Both the position numbers and the translations under genes were made by a program. Source: Haliotis rufescens (Eukaryota). Taken from it: 64,000 bases of DNA. The notes beneath the pieces are model-generated. The model ran no database searches, had not been told where the DNA came from, and was given only the letters and a program-made list of their open reading frames with translations. This document shows, piece by piece, positions 63,861 to 64,000 of the stretch. Each line of letters opens with the position of its first letter. Within the stretch, counting starts at the first letter, position 1. Where the stretch lies: contig NW_025963779.1 in NCBI RefSeq assembly GCF_023055435.1, positions 16,058,001-16,122,000 on the forward strand, read 5' to 3'.

Positions 63861-64000
63861 TATTAAGACTCATTTGTTGATTCACAGACATACTCTTTTT
63901 AGTTCAATATTGTACTGGTGGTTAATTTACGACCAGGTATTTATAGTAGTTTCACTAGGATATCGTATTTTAAACTCTGTAGTTTTATCTCACCTGTGAA

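Overview
AT-rich, intron- and repeat-rich animal genomic DNA. The SINE and Penelope-like repeat content suggests a mollusc, probably a gastropod (inference only). There is an assembly gap at 14462-14912. Two protein-coding loci are supported, both on the minus strand. (1) The 3' ~810 codons of a thioester-containing protein (TEP, CD109/A2M superfamily), rebuilt by hand as 19 phase-consistent GT-AG exons from 62998 to 46694. It has a repetitive bait-like region, an intact GCGEQ thioester, the catalytic His, a C-terminal Cys cluster and a 15-nt last coding exon (IIGK*); the gene continues beyond the window end. (2) A single-coding-exon 366-aa Ser/Arg-rich protein of unknown function (5428-6528). 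The rest is four SINE-like families sharing one 3' hairpin tail (three tRNA-headed, one with a non-tRNA structured head), Penelope-like RT relics, Tc1/mariner relics and MITEs, a non-autonomous piggyBac, a MITE with 7-bp TSDs, a LINE 3' relic and many tandem repeats. The most intriguing element is SINE family C. It has a sharply defined 5' end, no Pol III boxes, and a head that folds into a pseudoknotted multi-stem RNA with compensatory changes among copies, making it a candidate self-cleaving or otherwise functional RNA.
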